Shown: positions 34,560-44,844 of the stretch, piece by piece
How the letters are laid out: every line of letters begins with the position of its first letter
How positions within the stretch are numbered: the stretch's first letter is position 1
NCBI GenBank assembly: GCA_043807585.1
Contig: JAZDFV010000015.1
Coordinates: 16,071-80,070, forward strand
Direction: 5' to 3'
DNA from: Candidatus Jorgensenbacteria bacterium
GTDB lineage: Bacteria > Patescibacteriota > Minisyncoccia > UBA6257 > GWB1-50-10
Length of the DNA stretch: 64,000 nt
Made by a program: the position numbers and the translations under genes
The notes under the pieces: model-generated
The model's database searches: none
Told to the model about the DNA's origin: nothing
What the model saw: only the letters and a program-made list of their open reading frames with translations

Positions 34560-35958
34560 GCTTCTCGATCGCGATCTGGAGCCGGTTCATTGTTTCGGCG
34601 CGCCCGAGCACGACCGCAATCTCCACCGGCCCCGGGGAGGCCTCCCGCCCGGAGAGCGCCACGCGAAGCGGCCAGAGGAACTCCCCTCTCCCGCGCTCTT
34701 CGGCGAGGCGGAAGAGCTCTTTCTCAAGCCATGCCGGCGTAAACGATTTCTCCTTCGCTTTTTTGATGAGCGCCATAGCCGCATCCAAATTCTCGAGCGT
34801 GGCGTGCGTAGCGGTCCCCTTCCACTGCAGGAGTTCCGCGGGATAGTTGGGAAGTTCAAAGAAAAAGCTTGCGGATGCCGCGAATTCCTTGAGGGTGCCC
34901 AAGCGTTCCTGCTCCAGCGCGAGCACGCGGGTAAAGAACTCCTTATTCCCCAGCCAGTGCGGCGGAACGAACGGTTCCAGGTGCGCGGCTAGCTTCTCTG
35001 GTGAAAGGTGTCTCAGGTGCTGTGCGTTGAGCCATTCCAGCTTTTCCGGATTCCAGACCGCGCCGCCCTTCTGCACGCGCGGGAGGGTGAACTCCGCCAC
35101 CATTTCGGGGACTGTGAGCACCTCGCGGTCGCGGACAGGGTGCCACCCCAAAAGCACGAGGAAGTTCAGGAGCGCTTCCGGCAGATAGCCGTCGGCGCGG
35201 TAGTCGATTACCGACTTGGAAAGGTCGCGCTTGGAGAGTTTTTTTCGGTCGTGGCCCAGGATGAGCGGCAGGTGCGCGTAGGCGGGGGTCCGGAAACCGA
35301 GTGCTTCCTGGAACGCGATTTGCTTAGGAGTGTTTGAAAGGTGTTCCTCACCGCGTATCACGTGGGTGATGTCTGTCTCCTCGTCGTCCACCACCACGGC
35401 GAAATTGTAGAGCGGTTCCTCGAGCCCTTTTGCGATAATGACGTCTCCAACGAGGGTGAGATCGAACGACACTTTGCCGCGGATAAGATCGGTAAAGGTG
35501 ACGGCCTTCTCCGGCATCCGGAAGCGAATGACGGAGGGCTCCTTCGCGGCGCGGGCTTCCGCCTCCGCGGGCGGCAGGTTCCAGCACCCGCCCAGGTACT
35601 TCGGCACGAGTCCCTGGCTCATCTGGGCATCACGGTCCGCATCGAGCGTTTCCGGCGTACAGAAGCAGCGGTACGCCTTCCGCTCCTCCAAGAGCTTCCC
35701 GAGATAGCGGGCGTACACGGCCCGGCGCTCGCTCTGACGCATCACCGGTTCATCGGAGGTAATGCCGAGCCACGCAAAGCTTTGGATGATATCGTCCTCG
35801 AACCGCTTTTCGGAGCGCTCGCGGTCGGTATCCTCGATACGGATCACAAAGGAACCGCCCTCGTGACGGGCAAAAAGCCAGTTGAAGAGCGCCGTCCGGA
35901 CGCCGCCGATGTGGAGGAACCCCGTCGGAGAAGGCGCAAAGCGGACTTTAACAGGCAT
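34531..35958 (-). CDS. gltX: glutamate--tRNA ligase
   Basis: VRFAPSPTGFLHIGGVRTALFNW HIGH region, KLSKR KMSKS motif. Confidence 0.9.
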   Translation of the reverse strand: MPVKVRFAPSPTGFLHIGGVRTALFNWLFARHEGGSFVIRIEDTDRERSEKRFEDDIIQSFAWLGITSDEPVMRQSERRAVYARYLGKLLEERKAYRCFCTPETLDADRDAQMSQGLVPKYLGGCWNLPPAEAEARAAKEPSVIRFRMPEKAVTFTDLIRGKVSFDLTLVGDVIIAKGLEEPLYNFAVVVDDEETDITHVIRGEEHLSNTPKQIAFQEALGFRTPAYAHLPLILGHDRKKLSKRDLSKSVIDYRADGYLPEALLNFLVLLGWHPVRDREVLTVPEMVAEFTLPRVQKGGAVWNPEKLEWLNAQHLRHLSPEKLAAHLEPFVPPHWLGNKEFFTRVLALEQERLGTLKEFAASASFFFELPNYPAELLQWKGTATHATLENLDAAMALIKKAKEKSFTPAWLEKELFRLAEERGRGEFLWPLRVALSGREASPGPVEIAVVLGRAETMNRLQIAIEKLGGGGELPS

Positions 35959-36379
35959 ATCCTGATCATTATACGCTCGTTTCAGGGGTTTTTGAACCGA
36001 AAGGACCGCGAACGAATTCGCGGTCTCTGGAATCGCCTACTACGCAACAAAACTCGCTGGATTCGGCCGTGCTACGCCGCTATTATGCCATGGCGTAATA
36101 GCGGCGTATGATATGAAGAAAAGAAAGAAAGGCATATCGTCAGGACAATAATTCTTTTAGCTTTCCCAAAATCAACCAATCCGCTGTTTGATTATGTTTC
36201 TTTCTCTCAAGATCAGTTAATTCACTATGCGGTTTTCTAAATTCAACCGGGCCCTCTAAGCTGCTCATCGGCCAACCCGGAAGTATTATTTTCGAGGAGG
36301 GCGAAAAGAATAAAATTTCATGGTCGAGGGCAACTGTCTTTATTGAACCATCCGGGAATGCGAGAGAATAAGCGATGTG

Positions 36380-36754
36380 CTACCTTCCCGTCCTCTTTTC
36401 TTTCGGCGCCCCGGCAATGATTCCCTCCCAATAGTTAAGCAATGTATTGTCGTCTGCTTCGTCTTTGCTTTCAATTCTCCTCACAAAAACTCCCGGCTGT
36501 CTTTCCATGGGCAAAAAATCGACATAGAGAGCTTCATCTTCGGAAAAGACGGGCAAATTGAGCTTCTGGGAATAGAATCTTGCCTTGATCTCTGCGTTTT
36601 CTTCGGCGGTCGTACCATGTTCCTGCGGCTTCTCTGTGATGCCAAAATCGTCAAGGACAAAAATATCTTTAATCATCCCGACGAACAACCCTCCAAACCT
36701 TTCCTTTTTGGCCAGATTACGAGTGGCGATCACTATCTTTTCTACTTTTTCCAT
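36380..36754 (-). CDS. RdgB/Ham1-family non-canonical purine NTP pyrophosphatase, N-terminal portion only (possibly truncated)
   Basis: KIVIATRNLAKKERF ... GTTAEENAEIKARF ... DEALYVDFLPMERQPGVFVRR match Ham1 blocks, but the ORF is 124 aa against about 200. Confidence 0.5.
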   Translation of the reverse strand: MEKVEKIVIATRNLAKKERFGGLFVGMIKDIFVLDDFGITEKPQEHGTTAEENAEIKARFYSQKLNLPVFSEDEALYVDFLPMERQPGVFVRRIESKDEADDNTLLNYWEGIIAGAPKEKRTGR

Positions 36755-36899
36755 TTTTTAATTTTACCCCTTCGATAAACTCAGGACAAGCAAAAAACCG
36801 TCTGTTTGGCGATTTTTATTGGCTTGCCCTGAGCTTGTTGAAGGGCTCCGCTGGATGGATGATGCCTGCCCTGAGCAAAGTCGAAGGGTTAGGGCCTGT

Positions 36900-37580
36900 T
36901 TAGGATATTTCTGCATAGATCGGGTAATGATCCATATAAGCACCTCGTTCTCTCACTACTTTCGACCGCACACTACAGTGTTCAGTAATAAAGATTTTAT
37001 CCATAGATGTGCCGAAATAAGTCGTTGCTAATCCTGCTGAAGTGTCCGACGTGTAGTTGGTGAGAAGCTCGTACGATCGTCTATCTGTGTTGGATAGGAA
37101 ACGTTTTCCAATAATCCAGAAGTTAGTATCTCCGGCAATAATAACCTTGCCGTACTCCTTTATTATTTCACTAAGTATTTTGACTTGCCCAAAGCGTTTT
37201 TCCGGCGAGAAGGAGTTGAGATGTATAGGGACAATATAGTTATCATTCACTGTTAGAATTGTGAACTCTCTAGTCCCATCAACGATTTCTATGTCGGCAT
37301 TTGCGATAACTGCGATGGAATGCTTGTGGTACCAGGCATCCACTAAGAGATGGTGGGCGTAGCGAAGTTTGGTTTGAATTCTAGTAACGTCGCTCGGATG
37401 ATAAAACTCCTGAAGTATCACAACGTCGGCCGATATTTCTTGAAGAACCCCCACTACCTTCTCTATGTTTCCTTCAGAGTAGTATTCGTTTTCTATCGGG
37501 ACATTTCCAATGGTAAATTTCAGGTATCTTGCGTATTTCATCCACGGAAACAACCCGGTATTCCAAACGCAAAGCTTCAT
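36900..37580 (-). CDS. endonuclease/exonuclease/phosphatase (EEP) family protein
   Basis: VVILQE, IIAGDTNF and DHYPIYAEI motifs. Confidence 0.7.
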   Translation of the reverse strand: MKLCVWNTGLFPWMKYARYLKFTIGNVPIENEYYSEGNIEKVVGVLQEISADVVILQEFYHPSDVTRIQTKLRYAHHLLVDAWYHKHSIAVIANADIEIVDGTREFTILTVNDNYIVPIHLNSFSPEKRFGQVKILSEIIKEYGKVIIAGDTNFWIIGKRFLSNTDRRSYELLTNYTSDTSAGLATTYFGTSMDKIFITEHCSVRSKVVRERGAYMDHYPIYAEIS

Positions 37581-37913
37581 GGTAATTAGGAGTATGCCAG
37601 TTCCGGACAGTTTTCGTTCCGCTGGATAGACGATGCCTGCCCCGTTACAAAACTTGTTTTTGCAATGGGGTGAGAACCTGTTTGGTCAGCACTAAAAAAT
37701 ATCTCGCCGGAAGGTACCTAGGTTTTATCGTCGATCACTCTCCCAATGGCAACGCCAACGGCCACGGCAACAAAAAACCAAAGAACTCTATCCCAAAGCC
37801 GAGAAAAGTGCTCTGGCTGGCCAAAAATACTGGCGAGGAAAAATGCCGCGATGACTATGTAAACCAACTCTTTCCACCATTTCATAACCATTCTTGTGAT
37901 GGGTGGGTGGTTT

Positions 37914-38147
37914 TCACTTTTCTAGCCCGCTTAATCTCAAACAATTTTGATAGATAAAATTTAATTCACTCCTTCTTTCTGATTCGGTATTATAGATACG
38001 CAGTAGGCTTTTTATTGCTGAATTAAAACAACTTTTTCTAATTTGTGCTGGGCGAATCTCCCACCAATAAAAAGCTCCGACAACAGAAATAACCAAAATG
38101 GCCAGTAACCCAATCTTAAACCAATTTTCTTTGAGCCAGTTTTTCAT
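37914..38147 (-). CDS. small hypothetical membrane protein
   Basis: 77 aa with one TM helix; AT-rich region. Confidence 0.3.
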   Translation of the reverse strand: MKNWLKENWFKIGLLAILVISVVGAFYWWEIRPAQIRKSCFNSAIKSLLRIYNTESERRSELNFIYQNCLRLSGLEK

Positions 38148-38183
38148 AATTCAGATTCGAAAGAAAAATTTCCCCTTTATGGA

Positions 38184-39794
38184 CTACCAGAAACATCGAA
38201 CACTTCCAGCTGTCGGATTTGATTGACAAGTGACGCTTTTGTAATCCGAATCAGTGCAGTTGAGATAGCCAGGAGCGCCCTGTGAACAGCGTAGCATGCT
38301 AGAACCAAAGTTATCCCTGCAGGAAAATCCGGTGATGTTGTTGGTGCAGGTGACTGACGAAGGAGAACTTTTTATTTGTGGGAGAGAAATCGAACCAGAT
38401 ACGCCTACAGAATTCCCTATTGCACGAGTTATTGATATAATCTCATTTCCAACCGAATCAGTTTCTGACGGCGAGACAGAACCACCGGAATTTACTCGCT
38501 GTTGAATCGAACTCAATTGATTTGATACCCAACTGATCTTGTCCGAAATTGACGTATCAAGCTTGTATCGCGCAATACAATCGTCCCGACGTATTTCGAG
38601 GTCTCGTAAATCTCGCGCTAATTGATCCTCGATGTTCTTTTCTATGCTCGGCATGGTAGCAAAGCCTCTTCTGCTTTCGTAGTAAGCGGTTTTCTGTCTT
38701 TCAGCATCCTGTTTTAGGTAATCGACATTACTGTTATAGGAAGCGAGGCAATTTTGTTCCCCTCTGCTGGCAATATCTTGTTTCATCTGATATAGACGTT
38801 GTAAGTCTAATACCGTCTTTTGGTAGTAATCTAAATCTGATTTTGTTTGTCTTAGAATCTGCTCTTTTAGAAATTTCAATAATTCGCTTTCCAGTGCCGA
38901 TGAAGATATAGTAGGAGTATTATTTTGGGTTGGCCTAGTTTCAGAAGTAGGAGGAAATATCGGTTCAGCAGTTACGGGCACGGACGCACTTTCAGATTTT
39001 TGTTTATTCAGCTCTTGCGGGGTTTTTGCTTTGACCGCTTCTTTCAATCTCAGCTCCTCCACTTCTTTTTTTAACTTTTCAACTTCATTCGCTTGCGGAT
39101 CGCTCGATTCTTTTTTCAATTCCGCTACTTCTTTTTTCAGTTTTTCAATCTCGCCCTTGAGTTCGGCGATTTGTTTTGTTGCTTCATCTTGACCCTTTCT
39201 GCTTGCTTCAATCGCTTTTGTAATCGCCTCTTTCGCTTCATCAGGAACTCTACTTAAAACATCTGATAAAATTTCTTGATGTTTTGAAGTGTTATCAGTA
39301 ATTGAAGCAAGCAATCCTTCCGCCTTTTCCTTATTTTTGATTTGCTTAGATTCTTCTGTTGCGTAAGCGATATTGTTTTCATAACCGGCAACAGCAGTTT
39401 TAACGGCGCTGGTGTCCTTTTCTTCCGCAAGGGCTTCCGCTTCGGCTAATCGTTCATCGGCATATTCCAATGCTTTCTGCGCTTTCTTTTCGGGACTGAA
39501 TGTGAAAAATAGACTTACTCTTTCAAAAGTCGTATCAAAAAAGTAAAAGAAGCTACCGGGTTTTACGCCCGCGTTCGCGGCGGCCGAAGCAGAAACCGGT
39601 AGTGCAAAAACAACCACCAAAAACAAAAGGATAGTAACAAAAGATGATTTTTTCATCAGTTTCATTATATGCGATTTTTCATTTTTTTCGCTCCCGCTAC
39701 GCGGACCTTGCCGCAATAGCAAGCAGTTCCTTGGCGATGACATCCGCGGCGAGCGGTTTCCAAAACAACTTTGCGGCCCGCCGGGCGGCCTCAA
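38184..39794 (-). CDS. secreted coiled-coil protein with Cys-rich C-terminus (DUF5667-like N-terminal region); probable start at internal MKLMKK
   Basis: Signal peptide SSFVTILLFLVVVFALPVSASA, long EAEK-rich coiled-coil, C-terminal Cys cluster; low GC. Confidence 0.45.
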   Translation of the reverse strand: MRPPGGPQSCFGNRSPRMSSPRNCLLLRQGPRSGSEKNEKSHIMKLMKKSSFVTILLFLVVVFALPVSASAAANAGVKPGSFFYFFDTTFERVSLFFTFSPEKKAQKALEYADERLAEAEALAEEKDTSAVKTAVAGYENNIAYATEESKQIKNKEKAEGLLASITDNTSKHQEILSDVLSRVPDEAKEAITKAIEASRKGQDEATKQIAELKGEIEKLKKEVAELKKESSDPQANEVEKLKKEVEELRLKEAVKAKTPQELNKQKSESASVPVTAEPIFPPTSETRPTQNNTPTISSSALESELLKFLKEQILRQTKSDLDYYQKTVLDLQRLYQMKQDIASRGEQNCLASYNSNVDYLKQDAERQKTAYYESRRGFATMPSIEKNIEDQLARDLRDLEIRRDDCIARYKLDTSISDKISWVSNQLSSIQQRVNSGGSVSPSETDSVGNEIISITRAIGNSVGVSGSISLPQIKSSPSSVTCTNNITGFSCRDNFGSSMLRCSQGAPGYLNCTDSDYKSVTCQSNPTAGSVRCFW

Positions 39795-40827
39795 GCGCCT
39801 CGGGGTTCTCGAGGAGGTGTGCAGCCATATTGAGGAAAAGATTGACAGAGAGATTCTTCTGCTCGATCACGGTGGCGGCACCGCTCCCTGCATACTCGTA
39901 GGCATTCGCGCGCTGCTGCCCACCGTCGATCTCGAGGGGAACCAGGAGTGCGGGTTTACCGAACGTGGCGATCTCGTAGATGCTCCCCGCCCCGGCGCGC
40001 GAGAGCACGATGTCCGCCGCCGAGAGCGCCACGCCGAGGGCACGGTCGTCGAGGTTGCCCGCCACCCGGTAGCGCGGTTTGAACACTTCGCCCGCGTCGC
40101 GGAGCACCGAATCGGTGATGCGCTGTACCTCCGGGAGGTTCGCTGCCCCCGCTTGGTGGTAAACTTGGAATTTTTCGAGGAGTGTCGTGAGATTATCAAC
40201 CACGAACGCGTTCAGGGGTGCCGCGCCTTGGGAACCCCCGAGGACAAGGAGGAGCGGCTCACCGGAGTTGAACTTGAGCTCCGTCCTGGCCGTCTCCTGT
40301 GGAGGGACTCCTGCGCGGAGCCCCATGCGCACCGGGTTTCCCACAAACGCCGTTTTCTTTGCGGGAAAGAACCGGGCCGCCCCTTGAAATGCGATGCCGA
40401 TGCGCCTTGCGAAGGGAGCGGAGAGGCGGCTCGTGAGTCCCGGCACCGCGTCGGACTCATGGATCATCACGGGGACGAGATAGAAGCGTGCGGCAAGCAC
40501 CACCGCGAGCGCTCCCGGCCCCCCTTTGGAGAACACCACGTCGGGCATGAGGAGGTAGAGCTTAGTGAGCGCCTGGATGATGCCTATAAAGAACCGCGGC
40601 ACGTCAAGGAGGTTCTGGAAAAAACCGTAGCCGCGCCGCAGCTTGCTTCCCGCAACGGTGTGGATTGCGATCCCACGTTCCTCGAACTCCTCAAGGAATG
40701 CGCTCCGTGGACCGAGGTAGGTAAGCTCGAGGTCGGTCCCTGCGATGGATTTGAGTTTATCGGCAACCGCAAGAAGCGGGTAGATGTGCCCTCCGGTGCC
40801 GCCTCCTGTTAAGACGATTCGTAACAT
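39697..40827 (-). CDS. murG: undecaprenyldiphospho-muramoylpentapeptide beta-N-acetylglucosaminyltransferase
   Basis: MLRIVLTGGGTGGHIYPLLAV N-terminal G-loop and GT28 C-terminal domain. Confidence 0.9.
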   Translation of the reverse strand: MLRIVLTGGGTGGHIYPLLAVADKLKSIAGTDLELTYLGPRSAFLEEFEERGIAIHTVAGSKLRRGYGFFQNLLDVPRFFIGIIQALTKLYLLMPDVVFSKGGPGALAVVLAARFYLVPVMIHESDAVPGLTSRLSAPFARRIGIAFQGAARFFPAKKTAFVGNPVRMGLRAGVPPQETARTELKFNSGEPLLLVLGGSQGAAPLNAFVVDNLTTLLEKFQVYHQAGAANLPEVQRITDSVLRDAGEVFKPRYRVAGNLDDRALGVALSAADIVLSRAGAGSIYEIATFGKPALLVPLEIDGGQQRANAYEYAGSGAATVIEQKNLSVNLFLNMAAHLLENPEALEAARRAAKLFWKPLAADVIAKELLAIAARSA

Positions 40828-40830
40828 AAG

Positions 40831-40975
40831 AATGTAATGTCTAATTTCTAATGACTAATTTCTAATGAATTTCTAATTTCTAATGCTCAAATGTCTAAAG
40901 TATCATTTCTGGTCATTTGTCATTGGGGTTTGATTAGATATTAGAAATTAGGATTTAGACATTTCCGTCATCGGT
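40831..40975. repeat. AT-rich array of taatttctaatg units with inverted termini (aatgtctaa ... ttagacatt) in the murG-ftsW spacer
   Basis: tctaatttctaatgactaatttctaatgaatttctaatttctaatg ... attagaaattaggatttagacattt. Confidence 0.6.
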
Positions 40976-42074
40976 ACCTCGATATATTAGCGATGATACC
41001 GCTCATGGTCAAAAACGCCGCGAGCGCCGTGCCGCCGTAGGAGATGAAAGGCAGAGGCACGCCGGTCAAGGGAATGAGGCCGGAGATGGCGGCGATATTC
41101 ACGAATGCCTGAATTCCGATGAGCGAGGTGAACCCCGCGGCGAGGAGCCGCCCGAACATGTCCGAGGCGCGCCGTGCGATGGCGAGACCGCGCCATACAA
41201 AGACGGCGAAGAGCGCTACGAGCCCCGTGGCGCCCACGAAACCGAGCTCCTCCCCAACCACCGCGAAGATGGAATCCCCGATCGGCTCAGGGAGAAATTT
41301 GAGCTTGGTGGTGGATTTCCCGAACCCCACACCAGTCCACCCTCCCGAGCCTATGGCAGTCAGCGCCTGGTTGATGTGGTAAGAGGCACCGAGCTCATCC
41401 TGCGAAGGATTCAAGAATGTGAGCACGCGTTCCATTCGGTAAGGCGCAAGATACACGAGGAGCGAGACGCCGAGCGCCGCGATGAGCACGGCCGCCGCGA
41501 GAAAATGGAATCGCGCGCCCGCCACAAAGTACACGAGAAATGCGGTGGCAAAGATAATGATAGCGGTGGTGGTTGATGGCTGGGCGATGAGGAGCGCCAT
41601 CACCGCACCCACGAGCATGAGGAATGGCACGAAACCGCCGAGGAAGCTCTTGCTGCGTTCCCGGCTTCGCGCGAACCAACTGGCGAGGTAAATGAGGAAC
41701 GAGAGTTTCAGGAGTTCGCTCGGTTGGAACGTGAAGAAGCCCGCCGAGAGCCACCGCTCCCCTCCCTTGAGGTGAACTCCGAGGGGGGTCCATACAAGGA
41801 CGAGGAGCACGAGAGTGAAGAGAAGGAACGGCACCGACAATTTTTCCCACGCCCGGTAGTACACGAAGAAACCTGCGAGAAATCCCACGAGACCGATGGA
41901 GAAACCGTTCATGAGCTGGTGGCGAAGGTAGTACCAGCTCTCGCCGAACTTGGCCTCGGCGAGGTCGGAGGAGGCGCTCGTGAGCATCACGAACCCGAAC
42001 ACCGTGAGGAGCGCGAGTGCACAAAGGAAAAGGAGGTCGGGCCTGCTGTGCGGCTGCGAGAACCACTTTTTCAT
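40968..42074 (-). CDS. ftsW: SEDS-family peptidoglycan glycosyltransferase FtsW/RodA
   Basis: Polytopic membrane protein with FtsW/RodA conserved loops; start taken at MKKWFS (ATGA overlap with the upstream gene). Confidence 0.85.
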   Translation of the reverse strand: MKKWFSQPHSRPDLLFLCALALLTVFGFVMLTSASSDLAEAKFGESWYYLRHQLMNGFSIGLVGFLAGFFVYYRAWEKLSVPFLLFTLVLLVLVWTPLGVHLKGGERWLSAGFFTFQPSELLKLSFLIYLASWFARSRERSKSFLGGFVPFLMLVGAVMALLIAQPSTTTAIIIFATAFLVYFVAGARFHFLAAAVLIAALGVSLLVYLAPYRMERVLTFLNPSQDELGASYHINQALTAIGSGGWTGVGFGKSTTKLKFLPEPIGDSIFAVVGEELGFVGATGLVALFAVFVWRGLAIARRASDMFGRLLAAGFTSLIGIQAFVNIAAISGLIPLTGVPLPFISYGGTALAAFLTMSGIIANISRYR

Positions 42075-43573
42075 GGATGCGACGCCGGGCGAAGCACCGC
42101 TCCGGCGCATATTCCCGCGAGACGCCCTTCCCGGAGCGCCCATTGCCCGTTTATAAGCACCTCGCGGGGAGTTCCCTCACGCAGCACGACCACATCGGCG
42201 TGGTACCCCGGTTTCATGCTCCCCCGCTTCGCGATGCCGAACTTCCGTGCCGCGAGCGCGGTGAGCTTTTCCACCGCGCGTTCCATGGGGAGCGCGCCAC
42301 CGCGCGCCGCACGGAGAAACTGCAAAAAGGTAAGGGGTCCCCGCGGGAGCCCCCCCGTGCAAACGAGCGCATGCTCGTGCATGAGATAGCGTCCGATGAG
42401 GTGCGAATCCCCGAACGGCGCCGTGAGCACCGCGCGGAGATCCGTGGCATTCATGAACGAAAGAAGCGCGTGTCCGAACGGATAGTGCCCATGGAGTGCA
42501 AGGTCGGCGAGCGCCTTTCCCTCGAGGGAAGCGAGTGAACGCTGGGGCATATAAGCGATCGAGAACGGCACCGCCCGGAACCGCTCAAGATGAACAGTGA
42601 GGCGGCGCTTCCCTTCCGCGGTCGCGAGGTAGCGAAGCGTTTCTTCCCGCGTCGCGGAGCGGAGCCAGTCAGGGAGAAGCGCCGTGAGCGGCACCGGGAT
42701 GCGTTCCTGGGGACAGAGATCAAAATGGACGTTCGTCGTCACCGTCGCTTCGTCGAGAAGCGCGAGCGCGTGTTCGTAGGCCGCTCGGTGGTCCGCGAGG
42801 GGGGTAAGTCCGCTGATTTCCAGATTCACTTCCGTTTCCCTGGCGAGGCGGAGCGTTTCCTCCACAGATGCGGCCACTGCATCGCCGGTGTCCCGGAGAT
42901 GGAGCGCGAGAACCCGCCTGCTGTGCGCGGCAACCGAAGCGAGTGCACGAAGCTCCCGGAAGGGAGTTTGGCGTTTATACGTATCACCGAGATCGGCGGA
43001 GATGCCAAACGCGCCGTCCCCGCATGCGCGGGTGAGCAATTTCCCGAGCAACGTGAGCTCCCCTTCCGTGAGATCGCGAAATACATCCTGCGTGAGCGCC
43101 CTTCGGACGGTCGCATGCCCCGCGAGGGTCCCGAAGTTCACCCCCAAATCTCGGGCGCCGAGCCATTTGAGAAATTTTCCCACCGTTTCCCCGCGTACAT
43201 GCATTCCTTCGGTTGATGTCCACCGCTCCACGGCGCGCAGCGACCCGTCGAGGAGTGGCGCCAGAGAAACGCCGCCGTTTCCCCCGATGACCGTGGTGAT
43301 CCCCTGCCGGAGGAGGTGCTCCGCGTGCGGTTCGGAGAAAAGCGTGAGATAGTGGTCCGTTTCGCCGCCGACATCTATGAAACCGGGGGTTACCACGGCA
43401 TTCTTCGCATCTATGGTCACATCCGCGTGCACCCGAGGCACTTCGCCCACATGCGCGATGCGGCTGCCGCGGATGAGCACATCGCCGACCGTCGGCGCCG
43501 TGCCGCTCCCGTCATACACGAGTCCCCCATGGATGAGCGTGGTCATTTCTACACTTATTGTAGCATGAACCAA
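42071..43573 (-). CDS. amidohydrolase-superfamily protein (D-aminoacylase / N-acyl-D-amino-acid deacylase-like)
   Basis: TLIHGGLVYDGSG...GDVLI...I..VG...DAKN.VVTPGFID.H motif pattern of metal-dependent amidohydrolases; sits where murD usually lies. Confidence 0.65.
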   Translation of the reverse strand: MVHATISVEMTTLIHGGLVYDGSGTAPTVGDVLIRGSRIAHVGEVPRVHADVTIDAKNAVVTPGFIDVGGETDHYLTLFSEPHAEHLLRQGITTVIGGNGGVSLAPLLDGSLRAVERWTSTEGMHVRGETVGKFLKWLGARDLGVNFGTLAGHATVRRALTQDVFRDLTEGELTLLGKLLTRACGDGAFGISADLGDTYKRQTPFRELRALASVAAHSRRVLALHLRDTGDAVAASVEETLRLARETEVNLEISGLTPLADHRAAYEHALALLDEATVTTNVHFDLCPQERIPVPLTALLPDWLRSATREETLRYLATAEGKRRLTVHLERFRAVPFSIAYMPQRSLASLEGKALADLALHGHYPFGHALLSFMNATDLRAVLTAPFGDSHLIGRYLMHEHALVCTGGLPRGPLTFLQFLRAARGGALPMERAVEKLTALAARKFGIAKRGSMKPGYHADVVVLREGTPREVLINGQWALREGRLAGICAGAVLRPASHP

Positions 43574-43797
43574 AGCCCCCGCTCGTTTTTTTATTCCTCT
43601 ACCTTCAATTTTCCCCTTCTCCTCCGTTACTACACTAAATGACGGTCGTTATTTGGTGTAGTAAGAAACAAACCAATTAATCTCGATCGTCAATCCCCTC
43701 TCCTATTCCATAAATAAACCGCGCCAACTCTCCTTCATTACCTCCTCCGCAGCCAAATTAACGACATCGTAAGTCGTTAATGGTAAAAAGACATACC

Positions 43798-44844
43798 CTA
43801 GATAAAACGAGCTAAGAAGAAGAACACGAGCCCCAGGGTGGTAACCACGGCGGAGACTATCCAAAACCGCATGGTGACCTGGCTCTCTGGCCACCCCAAC
43901 GCCTCGAAGTGGTGGTGGATGGGGGTGGAGAGGAATACCTTCTTCTTGCGCAGTTTCTTGCTCGCGACCTGCACAATGACGGAACACGATTCCACCACGA
44001 AAATGAACGCAAAGAACGGCAGGAGGAGCGCCGTGTTGGTGAGCATCGCCATGACGCCGAGGGTGATACCAAGCGACATGGAACCGGTGTCTCCCATGAA
44101 AAAACGGGCGGGAAAGATATTGAACCAGAGGAAGGCGAGGAGCGCGCCCAAAATGGCGGCGTTCATGGCAGCGAGGTCATACCGGTGGATCACGAATGCG
44201 ACGACCGCGAACGCCATGAAGGCGAAGACAAGCACCCCGGCGGCGAGCCCGTCCAAGCCGTCAGTTTCGTTCGCCGAGAACGCGGTGGCGGTGAGGACGA
44301 AGACGAAAAAAGGGATATACCACCAACCGATGGTCACGGTTCCCACGAACGGGATGAAGAGCGCGTCGAACCCAAGCTTGAAGTAGAACCACCACGCGCC
44401 TACGGCCGCCACGGCGGCGTAGAGAACCAGTTTCCGCGGCACGGAGAGTCCTCCGCCGTGCGGCCCCTTTCCCAAAATGCCGAAGAGATCGTCAAAGAGC
44501 CCCACAAGCGCCGCAAAGAAGAGCGCCGCGAGAGGCAGGTACGTCTCCGCGCGATCCACAAAATTGAAATAGGATGCGAAACCGTCAAAGAGCGCATCGG
44601 CGGCGAGGAAAATAAGCGCGAGACCGAGCACCGTCACCCAAATGATGATGCCGCCCATGGTGGGCGTGTTCACTTTCCCCTTGTGGAGCGAGTAGAAGAT
44701 GGGCGCGCTTGCCTCGTCCCGGATGTTCTTTTTCTTGAGCCCGTGACGTTCCAAGAAATGAGCGACAAACGGCGTGATGAGAAGCGCCACGATGAACGAG
44801 ATGGCGAAGAGTATGAGAATGCGGACTGCCTCGAAGATTTCCAT
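43798..44844 (-). CDS. mraY: phospho-N-acetylmuramoyl-pentapeptide transferase
   Basis: Ten-TM MraY architecture and conserved motifs. Confidence 0.9.
   Translation of the reverse strand: MEIFEAVRILILFAISFIVALLITPFVAHFLERHGLKKKNIRDEASAPIFYSLHKGKVNTPTMGGIIIWVTVLGLALIFLAADALFDGFASYFNFVDRAETYLPLAALFFAALVGLFDDLFGILGKGPHGGGLSVPRKLVLYAAVAAVGAWWFYFKLGFDALFIPFVGTVTIGWWYIPFFVFVLTATAFSANETDGLDGLAAGVLVFAFMAFAVVAFVIHRYDLAAMNAAILGALLAFLWFNIFPARFFMGDTGSMSLGITLGVMAMLTNTALLLPFFAFIFVVESCSVIVQVASKKLRKKKVFLSTPIHHHFEALGWPESQVTMRFWIVSAVVTTLGLVFFFLARFI

Noticed and set aside
35341-36111. 256-aa plus-strand ORF overlapping gltX
   Set aside because: Antisense to the glutamyl-tRNA synthetase, which has HIGH and KMSKS motifs.
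37670-37957. 95-aa plus-strand ORF in the AT-rich spacer
   Set aside because: A shorter minus-strand membrane-protein ORF (about 37718-37891, 57 aa) fits the local minus-strand operon context better. Neither is strongly supported, so it is left unannotated.
40831-40975. AT-rich direct-repeat array considered as a possible CRISPR array
   Set aside because: Units are about 12 bp and directly adjacent with no unique spacers of 25-40 bp, and no cas genes are nearby. It is a simple tandem/inverted repeat array.
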